The position numbers and the translations under genes were made by a program. From positions 548,880 to 612,879 of the forward strand of contig JALVSY010000007.1 in assembly GCA_027036135.1 (NCBI GenBank): a DNA stretch of 64,000 nucleotides, given 5' to 3'. The first letter of the stretch is position 1. Each line of letters begins with the position of its first letter. Positions 37,843 through 49,503 of the stretch are shown here, piece by piece. The notes beneath the pieces are model-generated. The model saw nothing but the letters and a program-made list of their open reading frames with translations, had not been told where the DNA came from and ran no database searches. The stretch is from Pyrodictiaceae archaeon. Lineage in GTDB: Archaea > Thermoproteota > Thermoprotei_A > Sulfolobales > Pyrodictiaceae.

Positions 37843-38328
37843 CTATCTAGTCCTTGTTATTCTAGCTTTTACCTCTTGGACTAGTTTCTCTATTCTCTTT
37901 AGAGCATCTCTTACATCCTCTTCGCTGCATCAGCCCTCGTAGAAGCATGTATGCATGCCATTAGCGCTCATCCATGCATCATGCACCCATTCTCCTAGCT
38001 CGTGCTTAACCTTGTTCTTGTACATCCATAGCTCGCTATGACTCGTTAGCCTTTTGCCGTCTCTCCAAGAAGCATATGCTTTGACGGCTAGCGCTGCTGT
38101 GCCCCACAGCTTCTCAGCAGCTTGGCGGACATCGCCTTTTTCAAGCTCTTGCTCGGCTTGCGTCAGCAGCTCCTCGGCTGCCTCAATGTATTCCCTTGCT
38201 CTCTCCGGTGGATCCGGGCTGCCAAGAACTGCTTCTATCACTAGCTCTTCTGGTGATGCTCCCTGCTTCTCGGCTTCTTGTCGAAGTCTCTCAGCTATTC
38301 GTCGAGGGGGTACAATAGTCACTGGCAT
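37843..38328 (-). pseudogene. PaREP1-family protein with a premature stop
   Basis: GDVRQAAEKLW and MHTCFYEG, then TGA at 37930; the frame continues CSEEDVRDALKRIEKLV. Confidence 0.75.
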
Positions 38329-38496
38329 GGGCTTGTCCTCCTCGTGGAGAGTCAGGCTCTTATCCTGGGTACTGTGTTCTCCGCGGGGAACCGTATAAGG
38401 TGTGTGAACGCCTATGCAAGGAACCTGGCAGAGATACTTGAGCTTATCTCTATGGAGTCCTCTATACAAGTAATGAGGAAAGGGGTGGCGTCTTGT

Positions 38497-39252
38497 ATGA
38501 GTGTCGCGGGCTACGTCCTTGTCACTGGGTCTAGTAGGGGGATTGGTAGGGCTATTGCTCTACGGTTTGCCTCCGAGGGCTACGCGGTAGCCATTACTTA
38601 TCATGGTAGACGTGACTTGGCGGAGAAGGTGGCTGAGGAGGCTCGTAGGCGTGGAGCGCCCGACGTACTAGTACTGGGTCTCGATGTCGCGAGCCCGGAG
38701 AGCGTTGAGGAGGCTAGGAAGAGGGTCGAGGAGAAGTGGCCCTATCTCAACGTCCTCGTGAACAATGCTGGCATACTTCATGTAGGCTCGACGGAGGAGA
38801 CGAGCCTCGAGCAATGGGAACAAGTAATAAGGGTTAACCTAACCGGTGTATTCCTTGTGACCAAGACCTTTCTACCCCTCTTGAAGAAGGCGCCATGGGC
38901 TAGCATAGTCAACCTCGCCAGCATTGCTGGGCAGACAGGAAACATAGTAGCCTCAACAGCCTACGCCGCCTCAAAGGCTGGTGTAATAGGGTTCACGCGC
39001 CGACTAGCAGTAGAGCTAGCACCCCTAGGCATAAGAGTAAACGCGGTAGCACCGAGCTTCGTTGAGACGGACATGGTGAGAGACTTCATCGATACACCGG
39101 AGAAGAGGAGGAAGATAGAGGAGCTACACCCGCTCCGAATGATAATACAGCCAGAAGACGTAGCAGAGACCGTGTTCTTCCTAGCAACGCCGAGGTCACG
39201 GGCAATAACAGGCCAAGTGATAGGAATCAATGCCGGCAGACTAACCTGCTAA
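38497..39252 (+). CDS. SDR oxidoreductase (FabG-like)
   Basis: TGSSRGIG, NNAG and YAASK motifs; ATG 38497 is more plausible than 38278. Confidence 0.9.
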   Translation: MSVAGYVLVTGSSRGIGRAIALRFASEGYAVAITYHGRRDLAEKVAEEARRRGAPDVLVLGLDVASPESVEEARKRVEEKWPYLNVLVNNAGILHVGSTEETSLEQWEQVIRVNLTGVFLVTKTFLPLLKKAPWASIVNLASIAGQTGNIVASTAYAASKAGVIGFTRRLAVELAPLGIRVNAVAPSFVETDMVRDFIDTPEKRRKIEELHPLRMIIQPEDVAETVFFLATPRSRAITGQVIGINAGRLTC

Positions 39253-39399
39253 GCTGCTAAGGGAACATAAGAGGCTGTATCGGTAAACCCCGCCACACCT
39301 CACAGCCCTAGGGGCTCGGTCCCCGTAGGCCCTGGTGGCTCCTCACCCAGCTACTGTTTTTAGAAAGCATAGAGGGTGGAAGAAGTCTCCCCTCATGGA

Positions 39400-40017
39400 T
39401 TATTTCCTTGCTACTTCGTAGAGGAAGTACTCGTGTATTCTTGTATCGCTTGTTAGCTCTGGGTGAAACGTGGTTGCTAGCATGTTGCCCTGCCTAGCCA
39501 TTATTATTGCCTCGTCTAGCCTGGCCAGGGGCTCTGCTTCTCCCCATGTCTTGGTTATTGCTGGTGCTCGTATGAAGACCGCCCTGAAAGGCCCCTTGCC
39601 CACTGCTGGGATCTCTACGTCTATCTCAAAGCTCTCGCGCTGCCGGCCATAGTAGTTGCGCACAACCTCTATGTTCATTAGGCCTAGGAGTGGCTGCTTA
39701 GTCTCACCGACGCGTCTATCCCTAACACTCTTGGCTAGGAGTATTGCGCCGGCACAGACACCCATTACTGGGAGGCCATCCTCTATAGCTTCTCGTAGCT
39801 CTCCTAGTAGCCCTGTGTGCTCTGCTACAACACCTATCGTTGTACTCTCGCCGCCAGGTATTATGATAGCGTCTAGGCCTCTGAGCTGACTAGGCCTCTT
39901 AACAAACACAACGTCTATACTTGTCTCCCTCTTATCAACTACTTGCTTAAGCATATAGGCGTGTTCGTAGACCCCTCCCTGGAGAGCAAGTATACCGACG
40001 CGCACTGAGTTACTCAC
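39400..40017 (-). CDS. pdxT: PLP synthase glutaminase subunit
   Basis: ALQG, PGGESTT, CAG, FIRAP and FHPE motifs. Confidence 0.96.
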   Translation of the reverse strand: MSNSVRVGILALQGGVYEHAYMLKQVVDKRETSIDVVFVKRPSQLRGLDAIIIPGGESTTIGVVAEHTGLLGELREAIEDGLPVMGVCAGAILLAKSVRDRRVGETKQPLLGLMNIEVVRNYYGRQRESFEIDVEIPAVGKGPFRAVFIRAPAITKTWGEAEPLARLDEAIIMARQGNMLATTFHPELTSDTRIHEYFLYEVARK

Positions 40018-41074
40018 CCCGGACTTGTAGTAGTTCCTCGGGCTTGAGCCTCTTGATATCTATCCCCATCATGCTCTTCTGCTCACTAATCATAGCCTGT
40101 GCCTCCGCAACGGTCTCCGGGTCATCCCACATACTGGTAGCGAGCACTATTGCCCTAGCCCTCTCCGCGGGATCCTTGCTCTTGAATATCCCCGACCCGA
40201 CAAAGACACCATCGGCTCCGAGCCACATCATTAGAGCGGCGTCAGCTGGTGTAGCAATACCTCCCGCAGCGAAGTTTACCACGGGGAGCCTACCAAGCCT
40301 TGCTGTTAGCTCTACCAGCTGGTACGGGACACCGTACTCGCGGGCCTTTCTCACCCTCTCCTCTGGGGTCATTGAGCGGAGGCTCCATATCTCCTGCATT
40401 ATTGCCTTCATGTGCCTAACAGCCTCAGCCACATTCCCGGTGCCAGCCTCTCCCTTAGTCCTTATCATTGCAGCGCCTTCGGTTATCCTGCGCAGCGCCT
40501 CTCCGAGGCTACGAGCCCCATTGACGAAGGGGATGCGGAATAGCCACTTATTGATATGGTGCTTCTCGTCGACTGGTGTCAAGACCTCGCTCTCATCAAT
40601 CATATCAACTCCAATAGTTTGGAGGATCAATGCCTCGTAGTAGTGCCCGATCCTCACCTTAGCCATAACAGGTATCGTGACAGTATCCATGACTGCCTGT
40701 ATAACCTTCACGTCAGCCATCCTAGCAACTCCACCCTGGACACGGACATCATAGGGAAGCTTGTCGAGAACCATAACCGAGGCAGCCCCAGCATCCTCGG
40801 CGATACTGGCTTGCTCGGTGTTCGTAACGTCCATGCACACCCCGCCCTTCTGGAACACTGGGAACCCGTATTTTACGCGGAGAGTACCCCTCTCTGGGAT
40901 AGTGATTCTCTCTGGTAGCTTCTCGGGGCCGTAGAGAAACCAGTCACCCTCCTCCCTGAGCCTATCAGCAGCCTCTGCTAAGCGGTAGAAGAAGTCGACA
41001 ATGTTGCTAAACCCGACCTCGTAGAGACGAACACTACTGGACAAATAGCTATAAGAAGGTACACCTCCAGTCAA
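40010..41074 (-). CDS. pdxS: PLP synthase lyase subunit
   Basis: [30 protein letters not shown] and [10 protein letters not shown] motifs. Confidence 0.96.
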   Translation of the reverse strand: MTGGVPSYSYLSSSVRLYEVGFSNIVDFFYRLAEAADRLREEGDWFLYGPEKLPERITIPERGTLRVKYGFPVFQKGGVCMDVTNTEQASIAEDAGAASVMVLDKLPYDVRVQGGVARMADVKVIQAVMDTVTIPVMAKVRIGHYYEALILQTIGVDMIDESEVLTPVDEKHHINKWLFRIPFVNGARSLGEALRRITEGAAMIRTKGEAGTGNVAEAVRHMKAIMQEIWSLRSMTPEERVRKAREYGVPYQLVELTARLGRLPVVNFAAGGIATPADAALMMWLGADGVFVGSGIFKSKDPAERARAIVLATSMWDDPETVAEAQAMISEQKSMMGIDIKRLKPEELLQVRGE

Positions 41075-41186
41075 GTGGCCTCGCCAATAAATTGGTAATC
41101 TAGCAAGTTAGAACCAAATTATAAATTACGCGGCTCTTTACAGAGGAGCTATCTCGATCACGAGATAGCGTTGATAGCAGGCACAG

Positions 41187-42362
41187 CTACTTGCGGAGAC
41201 CAATAGGAGTGGCATAATGTACATGTATATGAAGTTTTATTGGCTTAGCGACGAGTACTGAATGGTGTAAACACCTAAGTGGATCAATGGTGACGCTTAA
41301 CGGATAGTACGTGCATGCCCCTGCTCCGGGCCCGCCATAACATAGTTCGAGCAATAAGTATATAGTGGAGTTAGTGGGGCTTGTTTTTGAAGTCTCGAGC
41401 ATCACGTAACCGCTGGTATATCCCGGCGGAGGCGGGCCAAGGATAACCCAGTTAGTTGACACATTCTGCACTATACCATCGAGCACGACGAGTTTTCCCG
41501 ACGAGGCACCTGTAGCATTAAATAGCTCTAGCGAGGCATTTAGCCCACTCTGACTACTCATCTGAGAGAACACCAAGCGCCCCCAGGCAGTAGCATTGGT
41601 AGTATTTATGCCTATTACCGCGCCAGAGAATGTATAAGTGCTAGTATTTACGTAGAGATAGACACTATCAATACTTAACTGAATATAGGCTGAGAGAGAT
41701 ATTGGAAGCCATGACGAGAGATTATAACTCGTAGCATTGATTCCTACAAGGGCGTAATAGGTTCTACCTGGTACAATAGAGCCTGTCAAGTTCACTGCTA
41801 TATCGGTATAAGTTGGGTTCAAGTTTGTACTATTCACGGCGCCGTAGAAAATACCGGTCTCGGGATCGTAGAGCCCTAGGTACCAAGTATAATTCGCCAC
41901 AAATAAGGAAAAAGCCTTCATCCTAGCCTCAATGATAATGCTCTGTGCGGTTGTTGGTATAGTGACGCTTTGCACTATGAAAGCAGCGTCGCTGGTACCA
42001 TTAAGTGGGATATAGCCCTCGATTTGAACAACTCTTCCACTAGCGTCAATATCGCTGCTAGACCAGTTGCATGAGAGATAATTACCCGGTATACATAGCC
42101 AGTAGTCAGGGCTTGAGTAGAAGTCGGGGTTCTGGAGAAGCTGAAGCCTATTAGATGTAATCACGGTTACATTTGCGCTAGTCTCGTTGGAGCCAAGGAC
42201 AACAGTAACATTAGGTGTAGTGGGTGCTAGTAAGATGTGACTTGGCGCTATCGGTATCAAGTCCAGAGCTATGGGATAATGCAGTATGGTGTGAGCTATC
42301 GCAACAAGCTCGATAACTACAAGCCCTAGCAATACTATCGCTAATTCCCAGCGCTGCATCAA
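41187..42362 (-). CDS. Secreted/surface glycoprotein-like protein with a CBM-like domain
   Basis: N-terminal TM, many N-x-S/T sequons, LLQNPDF..W domain. Confidence 0.65.
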   Translation of the reverse strand: MMQRWELAIVLLGLVVIELVAIAHTILHYPIALDLIPIAPSHILLAPTTPNVTVVLGSNETSANVTVITSNRLQLLQNPDFYSSPDYWLCIPGNYLSCNWSSSDIDASGRVVQIEGYIPLNGTSDAAFIVQSVTIPTTAQSIIIEARMKAFSLFVANYTWYLGLYDPETGIFYGAVNSTNLNPTYTDIAVNLTGSIVPGRTYYALVGINATSYNLSSWLPISLSAYIQLSIDSVYLYVNTSTYTFSGAVIGINTTNATAWGRLVFSQMSSQSGLNASLELFNATGASSGKLVVLDGIVQNVSTNWVILGPPPPGYTSGYVMLETSKTSPTNSTIYLLLELCYGGPGAGACTYYPLSVTIDPLRCLHHSVLVAKPIKLHIHVHYATPIGLRK

Positions 42363-42555
42363 GACAGCCCTCTCTTACCTAAAAACTCACTAAGAGATTT
42401 ACTCTAGGCATCAACGTATATTTCTTTAGGGGAATGAATCTCTTTCAGAGTTCATTATGAGAGAAGACCCTCTCACATTCACCGAAGGCACTAAGGGACA
42501 CATGTGTCTCCATAAAAAGAACAGTATGTTAGAGACAAAACATCCTTGTTCGTAG

Positions 42556-43599
42556 CTATGTCTGTCTCTTTATCATTTCTGGCGTTGCTATTAGTGTTAG
42601 TGTGTCTCTTATCTCTCTCATTGAGCGTATGTGCTCTGTTACTATCCTTGCTAGCTCGTCAACGGTCTCGGCCTCTATCCTTGCTACTAGGTCGTATATT
42701 CCTGGCACTGATAGTATCTCGGTGACGTTCTCCACCTTTATGAGTCTCTCCGCTACTTCTTTCTCCCTTCCCGGCTCAACGTTCATGAGTACTAGTGCTA
42801 CTGCTCGTGGCTCGGTCTTCTCGAGTGCTTCTAGCGCTGTGAAGGCTAGGTCGGTTACCGTTACTACCTTGGCCGCTCTTGTCTCGGGATCCACGGCTAT
42901 TAGTCTCATTACCTCGTTTTCCTCCATTAGCTCCACCGCTGCTCTCGCATCAAAGCTTATGGGTACTCGTAGTGCTGCCTTCCTAGCATAGCTGCCTACC
43001 TTAGCATTGAGCGGGTCTTCTTCCCGTGTTAGGGCTTCTAGGAAGTCCCATTCGCGTAGCACCTTGAGCTCTTCGCCTTCGCGTATGAAGACCTCTGTTA
43101 CGCCGTTAGCCTCCATGGCCTTGGCGGCTGCTAGTAGCGTTGCATCGCTTGGCAGTATCACTGGGTTCCTCGCCCTAGCCTCTATCATTGATACCCCGAA
43201 CGGTATCTGCTTCCATAGCTTGAACGCGATGTGCCTCGGCTCCACTACGCCCTGTATCTTGTTGCGGTAATCAACTACTGGTAGGAAGCGTACGCTCTCC
43301 TTCTTCATTGCACGGAGTGCTTCCTCCACAGTGTCATCGATCCTTATTACTACGGGGTCTGTGACCGCGTACTCTGCCAGCGTTGTCTTATCAAGGTTTA
43401 CTCCCTCGGCTATAGCCTTTACTAGTCTACGGAAGCTTAGTACTAGTGCTGGTCTTCTCTCAGCATCAGTTGTTACTACTCCGAGTAGCTTGTTTGCTAG
43501 CATCACCTCTGCTGCTTTCCGTAGCGTCTGGTCAGCAGCCATGAGTGGGAGGTGCTTAGCCTCCATCACGTCTTTTACGAGGAGCGCCACTGGTCTCAC
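42556..43599 (-). CDS. CBS-domain protein with a C-terminal Lrp/AsnC ligand-binding domain
   Basis: 4 CBS repeats; ALVLMNVEPG..GIYDLVARIE..TLTLI. Confidence 0.8.
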   Translation of the reverse strand: MRPVALLVKDVMEAKHLPLMAADQTLRKAAEVMLANKLLGVVTTDAERRPALVLSFRRLVKAIAEGVNLDKTTLAEYAVTDPVVIRIDDTVEEALRAMKKESVRFLPVVDYRNKIQGVVEPRHIAFKLWKQIPFGVSMIEARARNPVILPSDATLLAAAKAMEANGVTEVFIREGEELKVLREWDFLEALTREEDPLNAKVGSYARKAALRVPISFDARAAVELMEENEVMRLIAVDPETRAAKVVTVTDLAFTALEALEKTEPRAVALVLMNVEPGREKEVAERLIKVENVTEILSVPGIYDLVARIEAETVDELARIVTEHIRSMREIRDTLTLIATPEMIKRQT

Positions 43600-43721
43600 C
43601 CGTGTAGAACTAGTTTAGAGAAACTTAGTATAGGGAGCTGCTTCTACAAAAACCTTGCCCACTTCACTTCCTCGAGGAAAACAATAATGATAAATAAATC
43701 CTTGATTAATATAGTAGCCGC

Positions 43722-44699
43722 TTGGTAGCGATAGAACACCAAACAACCCTTTACCGGGAAAGGCTAAGGCCTCCTGGAGGGAGACGGGGCACGACAGGAA
43801 CAATCCTCCTAAGCGTGTGGGGTAAGGGAGGAGTAGGTAAATCAACAATAGCGGCTGCACTGGCCTCGCTAGTAAGGCAGAGCTATCAAAGAGTAGTATT
43901 AGTCTCAACGGATCCTACTCCCTCAGCTCGGCAACTCCTATGCAAAGACAACGAGTGCGGAGGCATAGAGGTCAGGGAACTATGCGAGAACGAGGTCAAG
44001 CGACTCTGGGTCAAGCGATTCGGGGACGAGGTCTACGAAGTAATATCCTCCTTTCTCCCAGTCGAGCGCTGGATAATAGACTACGTGGCCGGTGCCCCGG
44101 GGATAAGCGACCAATTCATGCTCTACTACATCTACGAGCTAGCCAGGAGCAACAACTACGACGCCATAGTATGGGATACCGTGGCGGCAGGCGCTAGCCT
44201 CCGCCTACTACGCCTAGAGAAAGAGTTCTACACCCACATGGGTGACGCTGCACGCCTCTATCTCCGGGTCCGCTCAGCCCTCGAGAAGCTAAGGAGAGGG
44301 AAGAGAGACCCCCTGGAACTAATAAACTCGTGGAGAGAGCTAGCAGAGAACATACTCTCCATGCTCTCATCGAGTTCTCATAGAGCTGTTATTGTCTCCG
44401 AGCCCTCAAGGCTCTCGCTAGCAGTCACCAAGAGCATCCTGGGAGAGCTGAGACTACACGGCATAGAGCCAAGGTTACTGGTAGCGAACAAGCTTGTTGA
44501 GGAGAACCCTTGCCCAGGCTGCAGCCTCGTAGAAGACGTGGTGCGCGAGACACAAGAGCATCTATTGGGCATCGAGGAGCTAGGTCTGAGCGCTGTACAC
44601 GTCCCCTATGTGCCGGGCGAGCCTAGGGAAAGAGTCGAGAAAGTAGCGAGGATATTAGAGAAAGAAGGCGTTCTCAGGAGGCTTGGGCTACTTCCCTAG
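43722..44699 (+). CDS. ArsA/Get3-family ATPase
   Basis: [16 protein letters not shown] and CPGC motifs. Confidence 0.85.
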   Translation: MVAIEHQTTLYRERLRPPGGRRGTTGTILLSVWGKGGVGKSTIAAALASLVRQSYQRVVLVSTDPTPSARQLLCKDNECGGIEVRELCENEVKRLWVKRFGDEVYEVISSFLPVERWIIDYVAGAPGISDQFMLYYIYELARSNNYDAIVWDTVAAGASLRLLRLEKEFYTHMGDAARLYLRVRSALEKLRRGKRDPLELINSWRELAENILSMLSSSSHRAVIVSEPSRLSLAVTKSILGELRLHGIEPRLLVANKLVEENPCPGCSLVEDVVRETQEHLLGIEELGLSAVHVPYVPGEPRERVEKVARILEKEGVLRRLGLLP

Positions 44700-47075
44700 C
44701 TTCTCTAGTAGCTTCTCGAGCCTCTCTAGCCTCTTAAGCATGACCTTCCTCTCTATGCTTGCTACGAGCCTCCTAGTCGCTATCACGGCGTCCGGGTTCA
44801 CGCTAATGCTATCGATGCCCGCCTCAACGAGGAACTCCACTATCTCCGGGTAGACGCTGGGCGCCTGCCCACATATCGAGACTGTCCTGCCGTGGCGGTG
44901 AGCACCCTCTATTAGCATCTTTATTGCCCGTAGCACTGCTGGGTCGCGTTCATCGAAGTACCCCATCTCCGCTAATAGCTGGGAGTCGCGATCAACTCCT
45001 AGGACTAGCTGGGTTAGGTCATTGCTGCCTATGCTGAAGCCGTCCACTAGCTTTGAGAACTCGTCCACGAGCAATACCACGCTGGGAACCTCGGCCATTA
45101 TCCATACCTTGAAGTCCTTGCCCCTACCTAGATCCTCCTCGTTCATAATGCCTAGGACCTTCTCTACCTCCCAGGTGGTTCTCACGAAGGGCAGCATTAC
45201 CCAGACGTTCTTCAGCCCCATCTCCTCCCTTACTTTCTTGATTGCTCTTACTTCTAGGCGGAAAGCCTTCTCATACATCGGGTGAATGTAGCGCGATACT
45301 CCCCTCCAGCCCAGCATTGGGTTACGCTCTTCTGGCTCATACTTCTCTCCTCCCCTGAGGCCTCGGTACTCGTTTGTCTTGAAGTCGCTGAACCTCACTA
45401 CAACTGGTCTCGGATAGATAGCGCTCGCTACTTTCGCTATGCCCTCTGCTAGCTTGTTTACAAAGAAGTCTGGCTTACCCTCGGCTATGAGGTAGAGTGG
45501 GTGATAGCCTATCCAGTCGCTTAGTATGAACTCTATCCTCATTAAGCCTATGCCGTCGAACGGGAGGTCGACGTACTTGTCTATGGCCTCGGGCTGGCCA
45601 AGGTTCATGTATATCTTGGTAGCTGTTACTGGGTATAGCTCCCTCATAGCCTCTGGCGCTATTGCCCCGGTGGTAGCTTCTTCCTTCTTCTTTACTATCT
45701 CCACTTTGCCTTCGTAGACAACACCCCTACTACCATCAACGGTTACCAGCATGCCGTTCCTTATCGTTGTCGTAGCGTCCCCTGTCCCAACAACAGCTGG
45801 TATCCCTAGCTCGCGTGAGACTATGGCAGCGTGGCTAGTCATACCGCCCTCATCGGTCACTATCGCGGCAGCCTTCTTCATCAATGGCACCCAGTCCGGG
45901 TCAGTCATGCGCGTGACGAGTACGTCTCCTTCGCGGAACTCCTCTGCCTCAGGGCTATGCGGGTCAAGGATTACCCTTGCAACACCGGTCGCTACACCGG
46001 GGCTCGCTGGGAGACCAGTGACGAGTATCTTTAGGCCCTCTGTTGGCTTCTCCTCCTCCTTGACCTTCTCTGGCTTCCTCCTACTCCACACCGTCTCGTA
46101 CCTAGCTTGGACTATGAAGATGTTGTTCGGCGCTGGTATGTCTTTGTCTATCGCCCACTCTATGTCCATTGGGTGGTTGTAGTGGTTCTCTATCATTACC
46201 CCGTACTTTGCCAGCTCCTTTGCCTCCTCATCACTTAAGCTAGGCTCTAGGGCCTTCTCCTTGGGCAACTCGACCACTATGTTCTGGCCGGACTCCGGGT
46301 CATAGGTTATCATTATGTGCTTCGGGTTGATCCTCTTCTCGATAATCTCTAGGGTCTTCTTATCAACTATGAACTCGTCGGGCGTCACCTTGCCCCCTGC
46401 GACGGCCTCGCCTAGGCCCCATGCCGACTCTATGACTACTACGCTCCTATCGCCGGTTGCGGGATGTAGGGTGAACATTACTCCCGCTGAGCGCGCATTA
46501 ACCATTTTCTGGACAACAACGGCCATGTAGGCCCTGAAGTGATCTATGCCCATCTGTGTCCTATAGAATATTGCTCTTGGGGTGAATACGCTAGCCCAGC
46601 AAGCCTTTACACGCTCGACAACGCTATCCTCGCCCCTAACGTTTAGATAAGTGTCTTGTTGCCCAGCGAAGCTTGCCTCTGGGAGATCTTCTGAGACTGC
46701 ACTGCTACGCACAGCCACGAGCGGATCCTTAACACCTATCTTCTTCGATAACTCTCGGTAAGCTCTCCGAATAGCATCCTCTATGTCCACTGGCATCGGC
46801 GTGTCCATTATTAGGCGCCGGATCTCGTTACTAACCCTCTCGAGCTCGGCTGTGTTATTCACGTTGAGGGCTTTGAGGAGCTTTTCTATCTTAGCCCTTA
46901 GCCCGCTACTCTCTATGAACCTCTTATACGCCTCGGAGGTAACGACGAAGCCTGGTGGAACTGGTACACCTGCTGACACTAGCTCGCCTAGGTTTGCTCC
47001 CTTGCCTCCTGCAAGGGCCGTATCCTTGGCTCTTAGCTCTTCTATCCATATAATTAGGGGAGGATTATTCGACAA
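44688..47075 (-). CDS. ppsA: Phosphoenolpyruvate synthase
   Basis: [27 protein letters not shown] and SIGSNDLTQ motifs. Confidence 0.96.
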   Translation of the reverse strand: MSNNPPLIIWIEELRAKDTALAGGKGANLGELVSAGVPVPPGFVVTSEAYKRFIESSGLRAKIEKLLKALNVNNTAELERVSNEIRRLIMDTPMPVDIEDAIRRAYRELSKKIGVKDPLVAVRSSAVSEDLPEASFAGQQDTYLNVRGEDSVVERVKACWASVFTPRAIFYRTQMGIDHFRAYMAVVVQKMVNARSAGVMFTLHPATGDRSVVVIESAWGLGEAVAGGKVTPDEFIVDKKTLEIIEKRINPKHIMITYDPESGQNIVVELPKEKALEPSLSDEEAKELAKYGVMIENHYNHPMDIEWAIDKDIPAPNNIFIVQARYETVWSRRKPEKVKEEEKPTEGLKILVTGLPASPGVATGVARVILDPHSPEAEEFREGDVLVTRMTDPDWVPLMKKAAAIVTDEGGMTSHAAIVSRELGIPAVVGTGDATTTIRNGMLVTVDGSRGVVYEGKVEIVKKKEEATTGAIAPEAMRELYPVTATKIYMNLGQPEAIDKYVDLPFDGIGLMRIEFILSDWIGYHPLYLIAEGKPDFFVNKLAEGIAKVASAIYPRPVVVRFSDFKTNEYRGLRGGEKYEPEERNPMLGWRGVSRYIHPMYEKAFRLEVRAIKKVREEMGLKNVWVMLPFVRTTWEVEKVLGIMNEEDLGRGKDFKVWIMAEVPSVVLLVDEFSKLVDGFSIGSNDLTQLVLGVDRDSQLLAEMGYFDERDPAVLRAIKMLIEGAHRHGRTVSICGQAPSVYPEIVEFLVEAGIDSISVNPDAVIATRRLVASIERKVMLKRLERLEKLLEKLGK

Positions 47076-47309
47076 AGATAACCCGCGCTAAGCCACTCTG
47101 CCTTGTCTGGATAAAAGTGTTTATACGGCAATAGTCGATTAGGAGGTTCTACGACTATTCGGCGATAAGCTTCTTGATAGCAACTAGTCAGTGGTAACCA
47201 AAACATTTAGCTAGCAAAACAAGAGGAAAGCGACGACCTTAAAGCAGGAGCTAATCTCTACCTAACAACAGCAGCCCAGCCAGAAACCAATAACTAGCTA
47301 AGAAAAGGG

Positions 47310-48647
47310 TTGATAGTCTTGACCAGTTTTGAGCCTTATCACGCCTTCGTGGACGAGTCCTTTAAACCAAGCCCCGAGGAGCACATCATAGTTACTTATC
47401 GCGCAATCCCTGCTCCCGGCTTCACAGCCAAGGACGTGGCCGGGGCCATAGCTGCTGAGAGCAGTGTCGGTACCTGGACAACACTATATGAGTGGTATTC
47501 GCGGGAGAGAGTTGAGAGGCTCAAGGGCAGGGCTTACGAGATAAGAGATCTCGGCGACGGTAGCTACTTGATAAGGGTAGCCTATCCCGTCGAGTTATTT
47601 GAGGAGGGAAACATACCTGGGTTCATAGCATCGGTGGCGGGCAACGTCTATGGCATGAAGAGGATCAAGAAGCTAAGAGTAGAGGATATCTACCTGCCCA
47701 AGAACTTCCTAGAGCGTTTCAAAGGCCCCTTCCGAGGGCTTCCCGGCGTCCGCGAGATTTTCCGCGTATATGACCGCCCAATAGTCGGTACAGTCCCCAA
47801 GCCCAAGGTGGGGTACTCACCCGAGGAGGCGGAGAAGATAGCATACGAGATACTCGTGGGTGGAATGGATTACATAAAGGACGACGAGAACCTAACAAGC
47901 CCCAGCTATTGCCGCTTCGAGGCCAGGGCAAGGGCCATCATGAGGGCTATAGACCGTGCCGAGAAGGAGACCGGGGAGCGCAAAGCCTGGTTCGCTAACA
48001 TTACTAGCGATGTACGCGAGATGGAGAAGAGGCTCAAACTAGTAGCAGACTACGGCAACCCATACGTAATGGTTGACGTCGTCATAGCTGGGTGGAGTAC
48101 CCTCAGCTACATAAGAGACCTAGCAGAGGAACACGGCCTAGCAATACACGGGCACCGGGCATTCCACGCAGCCTTCACAAGGGACCCGTACCACGGCATG
48201 TCTATGTTCGTACTAGCCAAGTTGATGAGGATAATAGGCATAGACCAGCTCCACATAGGGGTACCAGGCGTGGGCAAAATGGAGGCCAAGACAATAGAGG
48301 TACTAAGCAATGCAGCCGTACTGAGAGAGAAGGAGTTCAAGCCCCTAGAGGGAGACAATATCCGCCTACCACAGAGCTTCCATCACATAAAGCCCGGGGT
48401 CCCCGTCTCCTCTGGAGGCCTCCATCCAGGAAACCTACCCGAGGTAATCAAGGCCCTCGGAGTAGACCTAGTCATACAGGTAGGGGGAGGAGTACTAGGC
48501 CACCCAGACGGGCCACGAGCAGGAGCAGCAGCAGTAAGACAATCAATAGAGGCAACACTCAAGGGAATAAGCCTAGAAGAATACGCAGAAACCCACAAGG
48601 AGCTCAAACGAGCACTAGAGAAATGGGGCAGAGCGAAACCAGCCTAG
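47310..48647 (+). CDS. rbcL: Form III RuBisCO large subunit
   Basis: AAESSVGTW, KPKVG, GGMDYIKDDEN, HRAFH, SGGLHPG and GHPDG motifs. Confidence 0.95.
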   Translation: MIVLTSFEPYHAFVDESFKPSPEEHIIVTYRAIPAPGFTAKDVAGAIAAESSVGTWTTLYEWYSRERVERLKGRAYEIRDLGDGSYLIRVAYPVELFEEGNIPGFIASVAGNVYGMKRIKKLRVEDIYLPKNFLERFKGPFRGLPGVREIFRVYDRPIVGTVPKPKVGYSPEEAEKIAYEILVGGMDYIKDDENLTSPSYCRFEARARAIMRAIDRAEKETGERKAWFANITSDVREMEKRLKLVADYGNPYVMVDVVIAGWSTLSYIRDLAEEHGLAIHGHRAFHAAFTRDPYHGMSMFVLAKLMRIIGIDQLHIGVPGVGKMEAKTIEVLSNAAVLREKEFKPLEGDNIRLPQSFHHIKPGVPVSSGGLHPGNLPEVIKALGVDLVIQVGGGVLGHPDGPRAGAAAVRQSIEATLKGISLEEYAETHKELKRALEKWGRAKPA

Positions 48648-48814
48648 GCCTAGCTTTTTATCTTGGCTTATTCCTATGTAGTTGCCAAGGCCGGTCTCTC
48701 CATCGTGTAGCACTCGTAGTCTAGTTAGTAACAACGCTAATAACTGGATTAGGATAACCGTCATTATTAGGTGAAGCCCGCTAGAATACATGGATATTCA
48801 TGTTTGGTTTTTAG

Positions 48815-49048
48815 GTGATGCGTGTGAGGAGCAAAGTTGCAGCAATTAATGTACCGCTACCTAAAGAAGTCGTAGAACTTGCACGTTCTAGAGGGCTTAG
48901 TCCAGAGGAATTAGCCGAAGCTGCAAGAAGGCTCCTAATCCTCGAAATAGTTGCTATGGAGTCTAAGCTAGCTATGGAGGATGCGCTCGAGATAAGTGAA
49001 AAGGTGACAACAAGAGCTTGGCAAAGGTTACGAAAGGAGAAGAAATAG
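48815..49048 (+). CDS. Putative antitoxin
   Basis: Small RHH-like ORF directly followed by a PIN remnant. Confidence 0.55.
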   Translation: MMRVRSKVAAINVPLPKEVVELARSRGLSPEELAEAARRLLILEIVAMESKLAMEDALEISEKVTTRAWQRLRKEKK

Positions 49049-49083
49049 CAATAGTACTTGACGCAAACGTTGTAATAGCTTGC
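49045..49083 (+). pseudogene. Truncated PIN toxin N-terminus
   Basis: IAIVLDANVVIAC, then similarity is lost. Confidence 0.5.
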
Positions 49084-49221
49084 TCAGTGCTCAGCCCCTC
49101 TTCACACCCCTCCTCTTATCGTTGCTCGGGAGGGGTCCGTGGGGTTCGTCTTCTCAGCACACAGTTATCCCCGAGTCCTTGGAGGCTAGTCTAGGTTTTA
49201 GGGAAGAGCTTTCGCCTAATT

Positions 49222-49503
49222 ATGCTACCGGGTATGGTGTTGCCTAGTTCCCGGCCCAACACTAATATCAGGGAAAGCAGTGCGGAATTAACCGATTTGC
49301 TCGAGGAAATAGTCAGACTCGGTCTTGCTAACAGCCGCGACCAAGCTATTAGTCTTGTACTTGAGGCAGGGCTTGAGAAAGCTAGGGAAATGGTTAGGAG
49401 AAGGAGGAAGGCTAGGAACATCCTTCGCGAGTTCCTAGAGACGGGTCTCCCCTATCGCGTCTTGCCTCGTGCAGCAGATGTTGAGAGAGACCGTGAACGC
49501 TAG
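49222..49503 (+). CDS. Orphan VapB-like antitoxin
   Basis: LVRLGLANSRDQAI-type RHH segment and DVERDRE C-terminus. Confidence 0.5.
   Translation: MLPGMVLPSSRPNTNIRESSAELTDLLEEIVRLGLANSRDQAISLVLEAGLEKAREMVRRRRKARNILREFLETGLPYRVLPRAADVERDRER

Noticed and set aside
37930-37932. In-frame TGA as selenocysteine or readthrough
   Set aside because: A TGG-to-TGA nonsense change is simpler, and there is no redox motif or visible SECIS.
47310-48647. RuBisCO as evidence of a Calvin cycle
   Set aside because: It is form III, and there is no phosphoribulokinase or small subunit in the window.
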